DNA from: Fistulifera solaris
Taxonomy: Eukaryota
Direction of reading: 5' to 3'
Assembly: GCA_030295235.1 (NCBI GenBank)
Contig: AP026132.1
Coordinates: 868,001-932,000, forward strand
DNA: 64,000 nt
The notes under the pieces were generated by a model, which saw only the letters and a list, made by a program, of their open reading frames with translations, was not told where the DNA came from and did no database searches. Positions 59,979-64,000 of the stretch are shown one piece after another. The position numbers and the translations under genes were made by a program. Position 1 is the stretch's first letter. Each line of letters opens with the position of its first letter.

Positions 59979-61187
59979 TCACGGAATCTCTTCGAAATAA
60001 TCCTTCTTCGTGCTCATTTCTTTTATGAGCTCAATGTTTTGCAGCGTTAACCTTGGTCCCATCGGTGATGTAAGCGATGAAACACTTGTTTGAAACACGT
60101 CATCTGCTGTTTCCCTTGATTTGTAAACTTTTTGCATGGTCACGAGTCCGCGAATGTGCTGAAGTCTTCCCATTTGCTTCGACCTTGACGGTTGCGGAAA
60201 GGACTGATGTCCCTTTTCTTTGTCCTCTAAGTAACTCCAGAATTCTTGTGCGCTCGCATGGCGGGTCCGACGTCTCTCGGCCATCATTGGACTTTCCGAT
60301 AAAGAGCTCATGCTACCTTCCAGCTCCTCATTGAGATTAGTCATTGCATCTTTCACTGGGGTTACTACTGCTGATTGAGCTCCATCTGGATCCTTTCCCA
60401 CACGTGATTCTCGGTTGGCTTCCTTTGCCATTTGTGCCAGTTCACGCTTCTTTCGAACTTGGCGTCGTCTCGCTCTAAATATTGGTTTACTTTGTGCTGA
60501 TGGAGTTTCATCATTCAACCCAACGCATCCATTCATCAAAAGTGCAACATTGAGCTCTAAGTGTGGTTTCGATAAGGAAGAACCATTGATCCACACAGTA
60601 GCTGGATCGGTGGAGTGCCTTGACCGGCGGTTTTTCGGTGCTTGTGATACTGGTTCATCACCCAGTAATATAGAGCCATTACTCACGTCGTGCTCGGTTA
60701 TACTATGATTCTCGTCCACGGTTACGAGTGTGCTTAAGGACTTTTCCAAAGCAGAAGTGATCGCATCGTTTTCGTCGTCGTCACCGAGATTGAGAGCATC
60801 TGAATGTTGCGACATGAAGACAGTGAGATCTTTCTCAGCGTCAGTTGAATCGTCGTCCAACGATCCTAGAGTCTTGTTTTTCAGAATGGTCTTGTAAGCA
60901 GCTTTCGTTAACCGAGGCGATCGCAACACTTTCTTTCGGCGCGGAGAAGACGAATCAGGGTTTGTCAGGTAACCGGTCATATCAGGAATCGATTGTGCCC
61001 GTTCCCGGCGAATAAGCTTGGACGACTGTTCCGGTGGAGAGGCTTCGACCGAAGAGACATTGGCATCTTCTTCCGCCCACACTGTGCCGGCCAAATCCAT
61101 TCTGCGTTCTGGAGATGAAACACATTTTCCTTCGTTAGAGTCAGTGCTCAGCAAAACTCTCTCACTGTGAGATTGATCGGGATTCAT
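59979..61187 (-). CDS. Hypothetical low-complexity protein
   Basis: Long open ORF, S/D/E/R rich, no motif. Confidence 0.55.
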   Translation of the reverse strand: MNPDQSHSERVLLSTDSNEGKCVSSPERRMDLAGTVWAEEDANVSSVEASPPEQSSKLIRRERAQSIPDMTGYLTNPDSSSPRRKKVLRSPRLTKAAYKTILKNKTLGSLDDDSTDAEKDLTVFMSQHSDALNLGDDDENDAITSALEKSLSTLVTVDENHSITEHDVSNGSILLGDEPVSQAPKNRRSRHSTDPATVWINGSSLSKPHLELNVALLMNGCVGLNDETPSAQSKPIFRARRRQVRKKRELAQMAKEANRESRVGKDPDGAQSAVVTPVKDAMTNLNEELEGSMSSLSESPMMAERRRTRHASAQEFWSYLEDKEKGHQSFPQPSRSKQMGRLQHIRGLVTMQKVYKSRETADDVFQTSVSSLTSPMGPRLTLQNIELIKEMSTKKDYFEEIP

Positions 61188-61773
61188 GTCCAGTTCTAGA
61201 AAGTCTGTAAAGCAAGGGGCACGGCTGTAAGTTAATGAAGCTCTGTATCTTGCCTCATGAGGTTGCAAAGGGCCAACAATAACAACAGAAAAAAGAGGTT
61301 GGTGAACACAGTGGTGGAGTATAATAAATCCATTCAAAGTTCAGTCGCGCGATTTAGCGAACTTGGATACTACTTTATCGTGGAGTCAACATCTTTCACT
61401 ATTCTACAGTGAGTACTAAGATCAAATTTGTGTTCTATTGAAGCTACTAACTGATTGAGTTCCGGGTTCCGGATTCCGGATTCCAATCAGTTTGCTTTGG
61501 GTGTACTTTCCACTCTCTACAGAATTCGAAAGCTTGTCGCAGTTCGCAGAGGAGGTTTTCAGCATAGGTGATCTAAAAAAGCTACGTCATGCATCCAAAT
61601 TTTCCACGACCCCGCCGCAAAAAAAAGCGAGAGAACAGAGAACGCTTTTCTGCTTTTCATCAAAAGAAAAATAAATAATGACAATGACTCCTCATCTGCT
61701 TTTAAAAGCAACAAACAAGCGCTTCATCTGATGCAATCGAACGATAAGTTTGACTAAGCATAGCAGCTGAAAC

Positions 61774-62373
61774 ATGGGCCTGCCCTCTGCTTTTCGCAAC
61801 ACTACTGAAACAAGTGGTTCCGGTGTGCGAGAATACGATGAACAAAGCCCTGTAGCCGTGATTATCAACCTACTTCTACTCCTTCTTGCCCTTGTTGTTG
61901 TGTCGCTTCTGTGCTATATTATACGCTACCTTATGCTGAAGATTCAACCGCTGGATGAGTCTGAAACGGCCGGGTCAAATGATGAGGATCGCGCTGACTT
62001 TATCAAGGAGAATCTCCGTGTTCATGCATGGGTCCACCAGGAGGAGGATGAAGAAAGACAAGGAGGCAGTTTGAAAGGCGACTTATCAGAAACGAGCATT
62101 AATTTCCACGAGTCTCAGGGGCAGGTATCGGATGAAGGGATCGCAGATATTAGTGGATACAGCAACCGCAGTTTGGACAGCTTTTTCGATGGATGCGCGA
62201 TTTGTTTAGGGAACTACAAACGACATCAAAAAGTTTGTGAATCCAGTAATCCTGCTTGTACGCACATATTTCATGAGGAATGTATGGTGAGTTGGTTGAT
62301 GAAACATCATACTTGCCCTATTTGTGGACAAATTTACATCATAACAAAGACCGCACCAAAATGTCCTGGATAA
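61774..62373 (+). CDS. TM + RING-H2 E3 ligase (ATL-like), paralog 1
   Basis: TM helix; CAICL..CTHIFHEECMVSWL..CPIC. Confidence 0.9.
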   Translation: MGLPSAFRNTTETSGSGVREYDEQSPVAVIINLLLLLLALVVVSLLCYIIRYLMLKIQPLDESETAGSNDEDRADFIKENLRVHAWVHQEEDEERQGGSLKGDLSETSINFHESQGQVSDEGIADISGYSNRSLDSFFDGCAICLGNYKRHQKVCESSNPACTHIFHEECMVSWLMKHHTCPICGQIYIITKTAPKCPG

Positions 62374-62868
62374 ACGAGAGAACCAACTTAAATTGTACCT
62401 TTATTAGTTTTACCATTGCTTCATACCTAGCGTTGCTGTCACTCTTTCTCTCAGCGCCATATTCTCCCTTAGATCACGACATATCATATTCCCCTGGCGA
62501 TTCCTCTCTTGGCTCGGTTTCGAGTCATGATGTCTTACCTTTTGAAATACAGTTTGAAAGAATGCGCTTTTTCGGTTTGTCATTAGTTGTTGAGGAAGAG
62601 ACACTTTGGAGTTATAATACCTCTTGGGCGGCTTTGCATTAGAGTTGGAGAACGTTCCCTGACTCAGTATTTGCAGTCCCGAGTCCTCATCGGAAAACGG
62701 AAAATGCGAAGCGAGCCATCACTTTTTCGTCTTTTTCTTTTGTTCTCTGCGCCACATTTTCCGAACCCGAAAAGAGTTGACGCTTTTTCGATAAATGAAC
62801 AACAACGAACATCTCTACCACATAAATAATCAAACCGCTAAACTCTATAACAAGCAACAAGCAAAGAA

Positions 62869-63483
62869 ATGAGCAACCCTTATTATCTCCGTAACTCTAC
62901 AGATACAAGCTCGAATGATGACGATGAGTACGATCAACAAAGCCCACTGGACGTATTCGTGAATTTACTGCTACTCGTGGCAACTCTCACGGTAGTTTCA
63001 CTTGTTTACTATCTCATATGTTATATCATGCTCAATGTTCAGACGTCATCAGAGACTGCAGTAACCGAGTCGAAACGAGCAAAGCGTGCTGCCTTCATTA
63101 AAGAGAACCTGCTCGTCCATGAATGGGTTGATGACAGTCAGAATAACGACGAAGAAACACAACGAAAAGAAGACGGCTCGCAACCAGCAAGGCAAGAACT
63201 GACAGTACAATGTAGTGGGCATGATGAATTGGATTGCCAAGTACGAACAAAGGCGTCTCAGGAGGGCCATGACGACGACAGTGCGTGCAGCACCGTTAGT
63301 TTGGACAGTTCATTCGATGGATGTGCAATATGTTTGGCCGATTACAAACAGAATCAAAAAGTTTGTGAGTCCAGTAATCCGGCTTGTACACATGTGTTTC
63401 ATGAGGATTGCATGGTGAACTGGCTGATGAAACATCATAGGTGTCCTGTTTGCCGACAAAGATATATTGCACAAACGCCATAA
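62869..63483 (+). CDS. TM + RING-H2 E3 ligase (ATL-like), paralog 2
   Basis: TM helix; CAICL..CTHVFHEDCMVNWL..CPVCR. Confidence 0.9.
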   Translation: MSNPYYLRNSTDTSSNDDDEYDQQSPLDVFVNLLLLVATLTVVSLVYYLICYIMLNVQTSSETAVTESKRAKRAAFIKENLLVHEWVDDSQNNDEETQRKEDGSQPARQELTVQCSGHDELDCQVRTKASQEGHDDDSACSTVSLDSSFDGCAICLADYKQNQKVCESSNPACTHVFHEDCMVNWLMKHHRCPVCRQRYIAQTP

Positions 63484-63548
63484 AATCCGGATAAGTGAGA
63501 GGTTTTAGTTCAAATGAGCCTTATTTTATTTACAACCGGTAGAGCCTT

Positions 63549-64000
63549 CTATTGGATCTCGGCCGCGCTTTCTGAATTTTCTAAGTCGTTCAAGGTGGCC
63601 TGGAGGAAATTGGCAATTTCACGAGCGCTTGGTCTCTCTGTGGGATCGTAGGTATAGCATTTGAGCATGGCATCGCGAATTGCGACTACCTCGGGATCTC
63701 TTGTACTCAAAACATCCTCTGGGATGAACGGAAGAGTGCCTTCTATAACCTTTTTCGTCACCTCCTCTTTTGCTGGGCGGCCACCGGGTTCTAGTTTATG
63801 CCATGGCTCGTGTCCACAGATCAAGCGGAAGAAAATGTGACCCATTGAAAAGACGTCCACTTTTTCAGTTAGGTGCTGATCGTCGCGAGCTTCTTCGGGT
63901 GAGCGCCACTGCGGATTTGGATAACGAGCTGGAAAGCCACACGGTGTGTTTGACGTTGTGTTCCATCGTCGCAAGATACCAATGTTGAAATCGTTGAGTT
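63549..64000 (-). CDS. Protein kinase, C-terminal part (runs off the window)
   Basis: WRSPEE, EKVDVFSMG and CYTYDPTERPSA (subdomains VIII-XI). Confidence 0.85.
   Translation of the reverse strand, partial: LNDFNIGILRRWNTTSNTPCGFPARYPNPQWRSPEEARDDQHLTEKVDVFSMGHIFFRLICGHEPWHKLEPGGRPAKEEVTKKVIEGTLPFIPEDVLSTRDPEVVAIRDAMLKCYTYDPTERPSAREIANFLQATLNDLENSESAAEIQ

Overview
This is gene-dense eukaryotic nuclear DNA, most consistent with a diatom (stramenopile). The evidence is short GT-AG introns, bipartite signal peptides ending in A-F/A-W, and nuclear Psb29/THF1, MutS2 and a homogentisate prenyltransferase. About 35 protein genes and one tRNA-Asn(GTT) are visible. Many conserved genes are split by single-base indels at homopolymers, which looks like uncorrected long-read error, not pseudogenisation. 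Highlights: (1) a HAD phosphatase / SAM-methyltransferase-like / MDR dehydrogenase triple fusion whose two C-terminal modules resemble neighbouring genes of an uncharacterised prokaryotic pterin/flavin-related cluster; (2) an array of 13 TCCAGAA-T-TTCTGGA palindromes spaced about 51 bp apart in a 4-unit higher-order repeat; (3) a dispersed family of ~215-bp tandem repeats at four intergenic loci; (4) a 295-bp hAT-type MITE with a perfect 8-bp TSD nested inside a second TIR element, plus a second nested TIR structure carrying (GGTTT)n; (5) a RAD54 with a bromodomain-like region and two RanBP2-type zinc fingers; (6) a CREST-like membrane protein with an exactly duplicated signal peptide; (7) a three-gene array of unknown TM plus BAG-like proteins. 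All calls come from reading motifs by eye; no searches were run.
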